A DNA stretch of 64,000 bases from a virus: positions 1 to 64,000 of the IMG/VR virus record IMGVR_UViG_3300037451_000035; one strand, written 5' to 3'. Of the stretch, positions 19,378-27,566 are shown piece by piece. Made by a program: the position numbers and the translations under genes. The notes beneath the pieces are model-generated. The model ran no database searches, was not told the DNA's origin, and saw nothing but the letters and a program-made list of their open reading frames with translations. Numbering within the stretch: the first letter of the stretch is position 1; the number at the start of each line of letters is the position of its first letter.

Positions 19378-20277
19378 ATGAGCGACACCGCGACCATAGA
19401 CGCTCCCGACCGCCCCGTGCTGCGCTGGCACGGCGGCAAGTGGAAGCTCGCGCCCTGGATCATCGGCCATTTCCCGCCGCACCGGGTCTATGTCGAGGCG
19501 TTTGGCGGGGCGGCTTCCGTGCTCATGCGCAAGCCCCGGTCATACGGCGAGGTTTATAACGACCTGGACCAGGACGTAGTGAACCTCTTTCGGGTGCTGC
19601 AAACGCCCCTCTCGGCCGAGGCGTTGCGATTGAAGCTACGCCTTACGCCGTTCGCGCGGGAGGAATTTGAGACCGGCTACCTCGATTGCGAGGATCCTAT
19701 CGAGCGGGCGCGGCGCCTGGTCATCCTATGCTTCATGGGCTTCGGATCCAACGGGCACAACAAGGCGACGCGCACCGGATTCCGGGCCAACTCAAACCGC
19801 TCCGGGACCACGCCGGCGCACGATTGGGCCAACTATCCTGACCGACTACCGGCCATCATCGAGCGCCTGCGCGGCGTCGTCATCGAGAACCGCGACGCCT
19901 TAGAGGCCATGGCGCAGCACGATAGCCCCGAGACGCTGCACTACGTTGACCCGCCCTACGTTTGGGAGACCCGATCATCGGCGATGCACCGGAATCGATG
20001 CTACACGCACGAGCTGGACGCCGCTGGCCATGAGCGCCTTCTGGCCTTCCTGGGCGACCTTAAGGGCGCCGTCGTCCTATCCGGCTATCCGCATGACACC
20101 TACGAGGCCGCGCTTGGATCCTGGCGCCGCGTCGAGATCGATGCCCACGCGGACGGCGCGCGTGACCGGGTCGAAGTGCTTTGGCTCAATCCAAAAGCCT
20201 CGGCCGAGACAAAGGACGCCAAGGCACAGATCGGCCTATTCGACGAACAGGCACTACCAGGACGTCAGTCGCCATGA
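19378..20277 (+). CDS. dam: DNA adenine methyltransferase (Dam/D12 class)
   Basis: LRWHGGKW, YVEAFGGAASV, YNDLD, YVDPPY. Confidence 0.92.
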   Translation: MSDTATIDAPDRPVLRWHGGKWKLAPWIIGHFPPHRVYVEAFGGAASVLMRKPRSYGEVYNDLDQDVVNLFRVLQTPLSAEALRLKLRLTPFAREEFETGYLDCEDPIERARRLVILCFMGFGSNGHNKATRTGFRANSNRSGTTPAHDWANYPDRLPAIIERLRGVVIENRDALEAMAQHDSPETLHYVDPPYVWETRSSAMHRNRCYTHELDAAGHERLLAFLGDLKGAVVLSGYPHDTYEAALGSWRRVEIDAHADGARDRVEVLWLNPKASAETKDAKAQIGLFDEQALPGRQSP

Positions 20278-20612
20278 ACCCGAACAAGGCGTTTCGCAAA
20301 TTTGGCCAAGCCTGTAGGGAGGCGCCCGAAGGCGCGTCCCTAAATGTCGGGCTTGTCTGGATCGAAAAGAAGGGCTGGCGGGTCGCTATGAACGTGCACG
20401 AGGCCATGCTGCATCTTGGTGGCAAGGAGGCGCGCGGCTTGGCTGACATCTACGACAAAAATCTGCGAGTGCCGGAATGGGCTGGAAAGACCGGCCTGGA
20501 ATGGGTGCCCCCGGAACTAAGAAAACTCGCCGATGAAGCGGACCAAAAGAACAGAGACGGCATCGTTCCGCCGGAAATGTTGAACTATGTCGAGCCGCAA
20601 GGAAGCGGCTAA
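20274..20612 (+). CDS. Hypothetical protein
   Basis: ATGA coupling. Confidence 0.55.
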   Translation: MNPNKAFRKFGQACREAPEGASLNVGLVWIEKKGWRVAMNVHEAMLHLGGKEARGLADIYDKNLRVPEWAGKTGLEWVPPELRKLADEADQKNRDGIVPPEMLNYVEPQGSG

Positions 20613-20628
20613 CCGCCGAACAACCGCC

Positions 20629-20838
20629 GTGACCGAACAGATAAACGATACCGAGCGAGCCTTAATGCGGGATGTTCTGCTTACGAGCTACGCTCAACTG
20701 CTTGGGCCGGCCCCAGAAATTTTGACGGGCCTTGTCCGCAAGGGCTTGGTTGAGTGGAAGTGGAACGGCGGCGTTCCCATCTATTTCGTCACGGAAGCGG
20801 GACGTTCCCTGCTTTCTCGTCCAAAGCAGGGAGACTGA
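20629..20838 (+). CDS. Small winged-helix-like protein
   Basis: LVRKGLVE...Y.VTEAGR. Confidence 0.5.
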   Translation: MTEQINDTERALMRDVLLTSYAQLLGPAPEILTGLVRKGLVEWKWNGGVPIYFVTEAGRSLLSRPKQGD

Positions 20839-20839
20839 A

Positions 20840-21064
20840 ATGCCATTGAGCCAGGAAGCCAAAGACAGCCAGCGAGCCGCATTCGAAAACGCTCAAGCCA
20901 GAGCTATCGAAACTGCGACCAAAAAAGCCCAAGAGCAAATTCGAAAGGCCCTGTTCGCGCTTGAACATGACACGATGTTGAGCATCGAAAGTGTTGTGGT
21001 TGACACAAGAAACTTTGCTCAGCTCGAAACAGAGATTTTTCTGACGAAGCGTCAACGTCAATAG
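20840..21064 (+). CDS. Hypothetical protein
   Basis: GGGAG SD. Confidence 0.5.
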   Translation: MPLSQEAKDSQRAAFENAQARAIETATKKAQEQIRKALFALEHDTMLSIESVVVDTRNFAQLETEIFLTKRQRQ

Positions 21065-21087
21065 CGACATATCAGTAGAGAACAGCC

Positions 21088-21273
21088 ATGCCCCTTAACT
21101 CAATCGAGCGCACTTTGGTTGGATGGTTTGAGGTCAACAATTGCCGCGTTGAGCATGACCGGCACGAGTGGTTCGCATGGGTAGGGGAGAGGATGATTCC
21201 GGTGACGGAGATCGCCATCGCCATCAAACTCGATCTCGAAAAGGCACTCGGTGGCTCTCTACCGGCGCGATAA
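21088..21273 (+). CDS. Hypothetical protein
   Basis: Short ORF. Confidence 0.45.
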   Translation: MPLNSIERTLVGWFEVNNCRVEHDRHEWFAWVGERMIPVTEIAIAIKLDLEKALGGSLPAR

Positions 21274-21296
21274 CATCACATAAGTAGGAGACTAAA

Positions 21297-21391
21297 ATGC
21301 TCTACGATCCGAAATGGGAAGCGCCGGCAGATACAAAGCCGCAGGAACTATGGAGAAGCCTCTTGCTTCGAGCCGCCGACACCATTGAAAA
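21297..21391 (+). pseudogene. 5' fragment of an MLYDPKWE-type phage gene cut by the IS
   Basis: AGGAG SD; MLYDPKWEAPADTKPQELWRSLLLRAADTIEK runs into the IS left end. Confidence 0.6.
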
Positions 21392-21461
21392 GGGAATTAT
21401 ATACTTGACTCCATTTCCAATTTGCGCTAGTTTTCGGGCATGAATTGAGGGAAAAACGGCC

Positions 21462-22391
21462 ATGTCCAAGTCCACCATTTCGACGTTTGAACTGTTCGCC
21501 CTGATCCCCGACGCGGAGACGGCGCGGACCTATTTGGAGGCCCGCCTGTGGCCGAACGGGGCAACCTGCCCGGTCTGCGGCCTTGCCGAGCGGGTGACGG
21601 TTCGGAAGGGCAAGCCCGGCTTCTACCACTGCCAGCAATGCGCAGAGGACTTTACGGTGCGCACCGGCACGATCTTCGAGCGCAGCCACGTTCCGCTGCA
21701 CAAGTGGGTTTACGCGATGTATCTGCTCGTGACGGCCCGGAAGGGCATATCCAGCCTTCAACTGGCGAAAGAGATCGGCGTCACCCAAAAGTCGGCTTGG
21801 TTCATGTTGCAGCGGCTCCGCGAAGCCTGCGGCAAAGACCTGACCATGCTGCAAGGGCTGGTCGAGATCGACGAAACTTACGTCGGCGGGATTGAGGCCA
21901 ACAAGCACGAAAAGGACAAACTGCGCATGGGGCGCGGCCCCGTCGGCAAGCAGCCCGTTTTGGGCTTGCGGGAAAAGGGCAAAGGTGGTCGCGTCAAGGC
22001 GTTCAAGATCGACAGCACCGACGCCGGAACGATCACCGACGTTATTGTGCAAAATGTCGCGGTCGGTTCGACGCTGCATACCGACGAAGCCCAAGCCTAC
22101 GGCGAGATCGGCGGCCTGTTCTTCGATCACGCGACCATCAACCACTCCGCCGGCGAGTACGTCCGCGACGGCATTTCGACCAATTCGATTGAGAGCGTTT
22201 TCGCCGTTCTCAAGCGCGGGCTGATCGGGGTCTATCATCACGCCAGCCCGAAGCACATCGGCCGGTATGTCGATGAATTTGCGTTCCGGTTGAACGAAGG
22301 CAACGTCGCCCGGCACACCCTGGAACGGCTCGATAGCTTCGTCAGCCGCGTTGCCGGAAAGCGCCTGACCTACAAAGCACTTACGGCTTAG
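21462..22391 (+). CDS. IS1595-family DDE transposase
   Basis: CPVC/CQQC Zn ribbon, VEIDETYVGG, LHTDE, STNSIESVF, YVDEFAFR, GKRLTYKAL. Confidence 0.95.
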   Translation: MSKSTISTFELFALIPDAETARTYLEARLWPNGATCPVCGLAERVTVRKGKPGFYHCQQCAEDFTVRTGTIFERSHVPLHKWVYAMYLLVTARKGISSLQLAKEIGVTQKSAWFMLQRLREACGKDLTMLQGLVEIDETYVGGIEANKHEKDKLRMGRGPVGKQPVLGLREKGKGGRVKAFKIDSTDAGTITDVIVQNVAVGSTLHTDEAQAYGEIGGLFFDHATINHSAGEYVRDGISTNSIESVFAVLKRGLIGVYHHASPKHIGRYVDEFAFRLNEGNVARHTLERLDSFVSRVAGKRLTYKALTA

Positions 22392-22403
22392 GAGGATTTG
22401 ACT

Positions 22404-23018
22404 ATGAACAGAAAACCCACCGCATGGCGCATTGCCGATACGTTCCTTGAACTGCGGAAAGAGCGCAGGGAAGAACTCGCGAAATTGATCGAAGCCGAAT
22501 TGGACGCCACGGCGGAATTGACGGTGCATTCGCTGCGCAATGAACAGCATGTCTTTTTCTATGAGCGCGATTTTTACGTCCTGTCGAATTTTTCGGCCTT
22601 TACCTTGGATTGGAAAGGATGGCGCTTCGATACATCTGAGGCCGCTTATCAGTGGGAGAAATTTGCTCACAAAAACGAGCAAGATATTATAGGTGGTCAC
22701 GAATGCGATATTTGCTACGCGATACGCCGCGCGCCGTCCGCTCACCACGCCTTTAAACTTGCAGAAGCATCGGCGGATCGCCGTAGGCCAGATTGGAATG
22801 CTGTTCGTGTTGAAATTATGCGTGACATTTTGCGAGCCAAAGCTAATCAACACGAATACGTCCGCCGAAAGCTTCTTGCGACCGGCGACCGCCAACTGAT
22901 TGAAGATAGCTGGCGCGACGACTTTTGGGGCTGGGGACCTAATCGCGACGGCCAAAATATGCTGGGCAAGCTTTGGATGGAGGTTCGGAATGAACTCCGA
23001 CCCGCAAAAGCCGCCTAG
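22404..23018 (+). CDS. NADAR (YbiA/DUF1768) family protein
   Basis: LSNF, TSEAAYQWEKF, RPDWNAVRVEIM, LLATGDRQLIEDS..DDFWG, GQNMLGKLWMEVR. Confidence 0.93.
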   Translation: MNRKPTAWRIADTFLELRKERREELAKLIEAELDATAELTVHSLRNEQHVFFYERDFYVLSNFSAFTLDWKGWRFDTSEAAYQWEKFAHKNEQDIIGGHECDICYAIRRAPSAHHAFKLAEASADRRRPDWNAVRVEIMRDILRAKANQHEYVRRKLLATGDRQLIEDSWRDDFWGWGPNRDGQNMLGKLWMEVRNELRPAKAA

Positions 23019-23127
23019 CGTTCTCGACGCTATCGCCGACCGGGTGTTGCGGTACCGGCCCAAGCCCAAATCGAAGCCAGCGAAGCGGCGCAAGCGTCGC
23101 GCGGCCAAAATCGAGCGGTCAAAATGA
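22990..23127 (+). CDS. Small basic IS-associated peptide
   Basis: LDAIADRVLRYRPKPKSK, just inside the right TIR. Confidence 0.5.
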   Translation: MNSDPQKPPSVLDAIADRVLRYRPKPKSKPAKRRKRRAAKIERSK

Positions 23128-23147
23128 GGGCAGGGAGTCATGTATAT

Positions 23148-23624
23148 CATGCTTATCCGGTTGCCACACACAAACGCTGAGACCTACTAGATATAGGAGC
23201 TAAAAATGGGTCACCACGGTTCGGAAGAAATGTCGTCGGAAATGCAGCAAAAGCTTGAGGATGCCCTGAAGCGCGACAAAGAGGACGGCGTTCTGCGCAA
23301 GCAATTAGCGGCCGAAAGCCCGCAGTTCGGCGCGAGCGGCAAATATCCCATGGGCAAGCTCGACAAATCCGATGAGGGCGAGATTACGTTCGGAATTGCC
23401 TCGCATTGGGGCAAAGTCATCATCAATTTCGGCAAACCAGTGGCTTGGTTAGGCATGGATGCCGCGCAAGCAATTGCTTTGGCCGCGTCTCTTTTGGAGC
23501 ACGCCCACCGCTGCCGCGATATTGGCCGCGAGCATAGGACGGAAAGCAAAGCCACGAGCGGCGAAACCCAGCCGGTGTCATGACCACAAGATGTAGGGCT
23601 GTGTGTCTAAACCGGATAAGCATG
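23148..23624. mobile_element. Transposase-less IS1595-type insertion cassette (MIC), 477 bp
   Basis: 15-bp perfect TIR catgcttatccggtt/aaccggataagcatg; 8-bp target duplication atgtatat (23140-47, 23625-32). Confidence 0.93.
23206..23583 (+). CDS. Passenger hypothetical protein of the cassette
   Basis: AGGAG SD; G.YP.GKL...DEGEI.FGI...GKV.INFGKPV.WLGM pattern. Confidence 0.75.
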   Translation: MGHHGSEEMSSEMQQKLEDALKRDKEDGVLRKQLAAESPQFGASGKYPMGKLDKSDEGEITFGIASHWGKVIINFGKPVAWLGMDAAQAIALAASLLEHAHRCRDIGREHRTESKATSGETQPVS

Positions 23625-23853
23625 ATGTATATAATTCCCTTATTGAGCGCCTAGCTGGCCTCAAAGGAACGTGGCATTGGGGCCATACTAAAATTCACCC
23701 CTGGATTTACGTAGAGGATCGCGATCTTATCGTGCGGGCGCTGCGAAAACTAATCCAAACCGATGGTGAGGATCAACGGACGCTTATACCGTTCGTTCAC
23801 ACTCATAGCGGCGGCGACAGTTAAGCGATCAGACTGAAACAGGGAGCAAACAA

Positions 23854-24231
23854 ATGACCGACTTACTGGAACGGCTGATCGAGGAAGCGCGGCTGCATGG
23901 CCGCGCGGCGCTGGAGCGTGAGAATGCAATTGCCGCGCTGGAGAACTCCGGCAGAGGATTGGCCAAGACCGTCGAGGCGCTGGAGAATCTTCGAATCGCA
24001 CACGGCACATTGCTGAAAACCACCGAGGCATTGCGCGACGAACTGCACGAATCGCGCACTCGCGAGCAGGCTGGCATCGTCGCCCTTCGCGATATGAACG
24101 CGAGCATCGAGAAATACATCTGGCGTGTGCAAAAAGAGCACGGCAAAAAATCCGCCCGCGATCGAGTCGGCGAACTCGTCCTTGCCAAAGCCGCGGCTGA
24201 CAAAACGATTAAATCATTCGTGCCGTTCTGA
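23854..24231 (+). CDS. Coiled-coil hypothetical protein
   Basis: SD within CTGAAACAGGGAG. Confidence 0.65.
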   Translation: MTDLLERLIEEARLHGRAALERENAIAALENSGRGLAKTVEALENLRIAHGTLLKTTEALRDELHESRTREQAGIVALRDMNASIEKYIWRVQKEHGKKSARDRVGELVLAKAAADKTIKSFVPF

Positions 24232-24692
24232 TGCCGCGTCTGCCGCGCCCGAACATTCCGCTCGCCGTCCGCGTCAAGGTGGCGGAACGGCAACTGCGCG
24301 AAGTCCATCCGCTCGCGGCGAGCATTCTTTACGGGTTGGACGAGCCGATGCCGCTCGGCCGGCGCCTTCAGAGATTGTTGGTTGCGATCTTCGGCAAAGC
24401 GAAAATCGAATTGCATCATCGGCCCGCGTTGGTCAATCGCCGCCGATACGTGCGTAGCGGCAAGGTCTTTTACGATCCGCCGGCGAACGACCCGAACCAT
24501 CTGGTCTATTTGCCCGAGGACGATCACGACATCGAGACTCGCGTGCGCGGCTTGCACGGCCAGCACAGCGATCTCGGGCTGGTCCGAAAACGCAAGCGCA
24601 AGGAGCGGAAGGCGAAGCGACCGAAAACCAGATGGCCGTCGCGTCCATTGCAGAGCGCGAGCCGATGGCCGACGAAGAGGAAAATGCGATGA
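24231..24692 (+). CDS. HNH-like/NinG-like basic protein
   Basis: LHHRPAL...ANDPNHL.YL....H. Confidence 0.5.
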   Translation: MPRLPRPNIPLAVRVKVAERQLREVHPLAASILYGLDEPMPLGRRLQRLLVAIFGKAKIELHHRPALVNRRRYVRSGKVFYDPPANDPNHLVYLPEDDHDIETRVRGLHGQHSDLGLVRKRKRKERKAKRPKTRWPSRPLQSASRWPTKRKMR

Positions 24693-24844
24693 GCAAACAG
24701 ACAATAGGCCCGCGAGAATTTGAACTCCGGCGCCAGCGCGAAGCGGACGCGAAAGCCAAGCCGAAGCCGCTGGCGGATATCACGGCGGAATTGCCGAAGC
24801 CGTCAGGGCGAAAGCCGGTCAAGAGAAAGCGGCCGCACAAATAG
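24689..24844 (+). CDS. Small basic protein
   Basis: ATGA coupling. Confidence 0.45.
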   Translation: MSKQTIGPREFELRRQREADAKAKPKPLADITAELPKPSGRKPVKRKRPHK

Positions 24845-24851
24845 CCGAGCC

Positions 24852-25156
24852 ATGGACGGCCGCTCGACCCTCGCCGAGATCAGTGCCGCGGTGTCACTAC
24901 GATGCTTGCTCCGCTCGGCGCAAAAACTTGGGACTATCTCGACAAGAGACGCGCGATGGTCCAACGCCAAGGAATCAATCGCGTGCGGCCAGCGATGCGT
25001 GCGGGCTGGAAAGCAACCTTCGAAGTGATGGTGCTTTTACCAGAGTACATCGATCGCAATATCCTGCGTGAGACTATTGAGGCGGCTGGCCGTCTCTGCG
25101 GCGTCGGTGATTATCGACCGACGTTCGGTCGATTCGGAATTGTTAAGTTCAAATAG
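24852..25156 (+). pseudogene. RAMP/Cas7-like protein, C-terminal part only (5' truncated, 1-nt frameshift near 24897)
   Basis: DKRRAMVQRQGINRVRP...W.ATFEV and glycine-rich G-loop AGRLCGVGDYRPTFGRF at the extreme C-terminus; in-frame ORF only 84 aa (24902-25156). Confidence 0.7.
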
Positions 25157-25285
25157 GCGCGATGAGGCGGGGTGAGCTATGGTGTGGTCCGGCAAGGTCC
25201 GGCGTGGTGGGGTTGGGTCCGGTGCGGTACGATGCGGTTAGGTTGGGCGGGCTTGGGTGGGGCGTGGTAAGGTACGGTCTGGCCT
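25156..25285 (+). repeat. Array of 26 in-phase GGY-NN pentamers (candidate guide-RNA gene)
   Basis: All 26 units have G at position 1 and C/T at position 3; 22 begin GGY, 4 begin GAT/GCT; positions 4-5 vary freely. Confidence 0.92.
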
Positions 25286-25300
25286 TCATTCTCTGAAGGC
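25282..25300. terminator. Hairpin closing the pentamer array, at the point where + and - operons converge
   Basis: gccttca-ttctc-tgaaggc, 7-bp stem. Confidence 0.5.
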
Positions 25301-25777
25301 GATGGCGCCGCTTACCGGACGACACTGGGTCCGGACGGCGCCATTGTCGTTTCCCGATTCGATCATCCAAGTCCCGGCCGGGCATTCTCCGGCGACGATC
25401 TCCCCGACGTGGTGCGACCAAACGACGATAACCCCCGAATGAGGGCCAGCGGCGGCGTGACCCCAATGCGCCCAATTCCGCGCCAAATTGTAGGCCGGGT
25501 CTGATTCGTGCCTTTGCTGGCGCATGTACCAACCGCACCACTCGCGCGGACGGCCATCGCCGCGCTCTTCAGGCGCTCGCAGGCTCACGTTCGCCAGCGC
25601 CGCCCCGGAGGCGCGGAAGGAGGCGGCCACGCTATGGGCAAAGCCCTGGAGCGCGCCGCCTATGGCTTCGGCAAGGCTTGGAGGCTCGGGCTTGCGGTGC
25701 CGGGCTTCGGCCGAGCCGGCGAGAATCAGGAGCACGACGCCGGCCGCAAAAATGACCCGGCAATCGAGCCGGGTCAG
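25286..25777 (-). CDS. Secreted CHAP/NlpC-like peptidoglycan hydrolase (start uncertain)
   Basis: Signal-like VIFAAGVVLLILAGSAEA; catalytic WCGW...ARNWAHWG...VVWSHHVG...SGN. Confidence 0.7.
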   Translation of the reverse strand: MTRLDCRVIFAAGVVLLILAGSAEARHRKPEPPSLAEAIGGALQGFAHSVAASFRASGAALANVSLRAPEERGDGRPREWCGWYMRQQRHESDPAYNLARNWAHWGHAAAGPHSGVIVVWSHHVGEIVAGECPAGTWMIESGNDNGAVRTQCRPVSGAIAFRE

Positions 25778-25823
25778 TATGGGGAGGTTCCGCCCAAGTA
25801 GGGCGAGACTGTACGCGAACAGC

Positions 25824-26318
25824 CTACGCCGTATTGCTCGGCTCGGCAAATCCGGTGATGCCGGCGAGCCGAACGTCGCTGGAATGGCGGAGGGGATCGT
25901 CGCTCGCATCGTCTTCCTCCATATAGCGGCGCCGCGGTAGCGGCTGGAATGCCGGCGGCATCGTCTTGTCCCTGGCCGCATTCCGAAGATGAAGTTGCCA
26001 TAGCTCCCGATAGATGATCTCAAAGCGGTCGTCGTCCTCGCGATTGTGCCGGGACATGACATAGCGGAAATCCTTCGCGACGGCGGCGATCGCTTTCATT
26101 ATCTCGTCTTTTACGGAATAGGTCAGCGCCCGATTGTTCGATAGCTGGCGCAGGATGAAGATCGTCACGACCGCCGTCAGCGTCGAGGCGGCGACGATGG
26201 CGCCGGCGAGCCACGCCAACAAGCCCTGAGTGACGGGGATATCAGCGGCCGAGGACGCAGCGGGAGCGAGCGGAGCTGCGGCGGCGATCGTCAAAAGCAG
26301 CATTCCGCCATTCCCCAA
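25824..26318 (-). CDS. Membrane protein (holin-like)
   Basis: TM helix followed by a charged tail, in the lysis region. Confidence 0.55.
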   Translation of the reverse strand: MGNGGMLLLTIAAAAPLAPAASSAADIPVTQGLLAWLAGAIVAASTLTAVVTIFILRQLSNNRALTYSVKDEIMKAIAAVAKDFRYVMSRHNREDDDRFEIIYRELWQLHLRNAARDKTMPPAFQPLPRRRYMEEDDASDDPLRHSSDVRLAGITGFAEPSNTA

Positions 26319-26402
26319 CCCATAGCTTTCGACACTTTAGTACCATGACCAAAGTCTCGTCACACTCCTTCGAAAGTCCCGGTACTAAAGTATTGGAGGC
26401 AA

Positions 26403-26891
26403 TCACGTCCTCCGATCCGACAAGATCAAACCTAGTTCAGCGATTCGATCCCTGGCACTTTTCAGAGCAGCAAGCGCCTCGACCGTGGGCTCCGATCCGG
26501 CGGCTTTTTTCAGCTCGATCAATTCTTGCAGCGCTGCGGCCTCACGAACGGCCGAGCCGTATTCGCCTTGCATCGATGCCGTCAAATTGCTGTTGACGAG
26601 GCCGTGGATGGTATCGAGCGTCTTCTTGGATTCCTTGGCCGTCTCGGCAACCTCAGCCGTATTGATCGCCAGCAACCTTGCCGCTTCGGCGGCCTTTCCA
26701 GCCGCTGCGTCCTGGCGCTCGACCAGAAGCTCCGCGGCCTCTGCGGCTTGCCTCGCAACTTTGTCCAGACGCTCGTAATCCTCAGCCTTTTCCTTGCGCC
26801 TGTTTCGGCTGTTCAAGGCGGAGAGTAGGAGCGGGGCAACCGTGCTTGAGACTCCGCCCACGATGACTGCCACTAAAACGGTGTCCGGCAT
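26403..26891 (-). CDS. Membrane-anchored coiled-coil protein (holin-like)
   Basis: N-terminal hydrophobic segment; LDTIHGLVNSNLT motif. Confidence 0.6.
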   Translation of the reverse strand: MPDTVLVAVIVGGVSSTVAPLLLSALNSRNRRKEKAEDYERLDKVARQAAEAAELLVERQDAAAGKAAEAARLLAINTAEVAETAKESKKTLDTIHGLVNSNLTASMQGEYGSAVREAAALQELIELKKAAGSEPTVEALAALKSARDRIAELGLILSDRRT

Positions 26892-26971
26892 TGTCGAATC
26901 GGCCCTCCAAAATGCGCTGCGCCCCGGCCGAAAGCCGAGGCGCGATGTTTAACACGAATCGAAGGTTTTCG

Positions 26972-27487
26972 TCAGCCGGTCGCAGCCTCGCGTTCCGTGG
27001 GAATGCGCTCGCCGGCGCGGTCAAGAATCTTCTTCAGCGAGGCGCTTTCCGGGCTTAGCGGTTGCTGCCGCTGCGGACTGCCGCGAAGCTGAGTGACCAG
27101 CTTGTCGCCCACGGCATCGCGATTGATAATGTTGAGGGCGTGGGCGCCGACCGAAGTCAGATGCCGCGAACTCGTCATCATGGAGCCGACCGCCCGGGAA
27201 AGGACGCTGACGACCTTTTCCTTCGCGCTAAGCTGGCCGCGCAACGCCGCGAGTTCTTCGTCGCGCCGGTCGATCTTGTCTTGGTAATCCTTCGATATGC
27301 GCTCGATCTCCGCCGCTTGCATTCTGGCGGTCTCTTGCAGCGAGGCGCAAAGGTTGGCCTGCTCTTCGAATTTGTCGTCGGCGTCGCCCATCTGCTCGAC
27401 CAGAAGCAAGGTCTCCGCCCTCAGTGTCTCCAGCACGCTCTCCGCGCCTTGCTGGATTTGCCTTGCGCGTTCGGAAAAGTCGCTCAT
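26972..27487 (-). CDS. Coiled-coil hypothetical protein
   Basis: AAGGGG SD before MSDFSERA. Confidence 0.6.
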   Translation of the reverse strand: MSDFSERARQIQQGAESVLETLRAETLLLVEQMGDADDKFEEQANLCASLQETARMQAAEIERISKDYQDKIDRRDEELAALRGQLSAKEKVVSVLSRAVGSMMTSSRHLTSVGAHALNIINRDAVGDKLVTQLRGSPQRQQPLSPESASLKKILDRAGERIPTEREAATG

Positions 27488-27509
27488 CGGGTAGCCCCTT
27501 TGTGTTGAT

Positions 27510-27538
27510 AAAGCCGCCGCGAATCCACGCGGCGGCTT
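27510..27538 (-). terminator. Intrinsic terminator after the outer-membrane protein gene
   Basis: aagccgccgcg/cgcggcggctt stem followed by TTTAT on the minus strand. Confidence 0.6.
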
Positions 27539-27566
27539 AGAGGTTAGCGTGCCTTTTCGCGGCGCG

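Larger units (their letters stand above)
21392..23639 (+). mobile_element. IS1595-family transporter element with passenger genes
   Basis: Left TIR gggaattatatacttgactcc; right TIR ggagtcatgtatat|aattccc split by a nested cassette. Confidence 0.9.

Noticed and set aside
21348-23171. 607-aa minus ORF and similar long antisense ORFs (5961-7061, 17392-19206, 11980-13341, 58813-60018)
   Set aside because: Shadow frames of clear genes in GC-rich DNA, with no recognisable motifs
21380-23650. Target-site duplication of the outer IS1595 element
   Set aside because: The flanks (cattgaaaa / tttattgag) are not direct repeats, and the flanking gene fragments do not obviously join
25156-25285. CRISPR array, simple microsatellite or G-quadruplex as explanations of the pentamer tract
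   Set aside because: There are no 25-40 bp repeats with spacers; the variable positions are not homogenised as in a microsatellite; strict 5-nt phasing and a pyrimidine at position 3 are not required for a G4
25149-25541. 130-aa minus ORF and 61-aa plus ORF (25257-25442) overlapping the array
   Set aside because: Their translations are low-complexity by-products of the repeat and they overlap the CHAP-like gene
25628-25638. 11-nt match (cacgctatggg) to the concatenated NN string as a self target
   Set aside because: About one such match is expected by chance in 128 kb of both strands, and the flanks do not extend it
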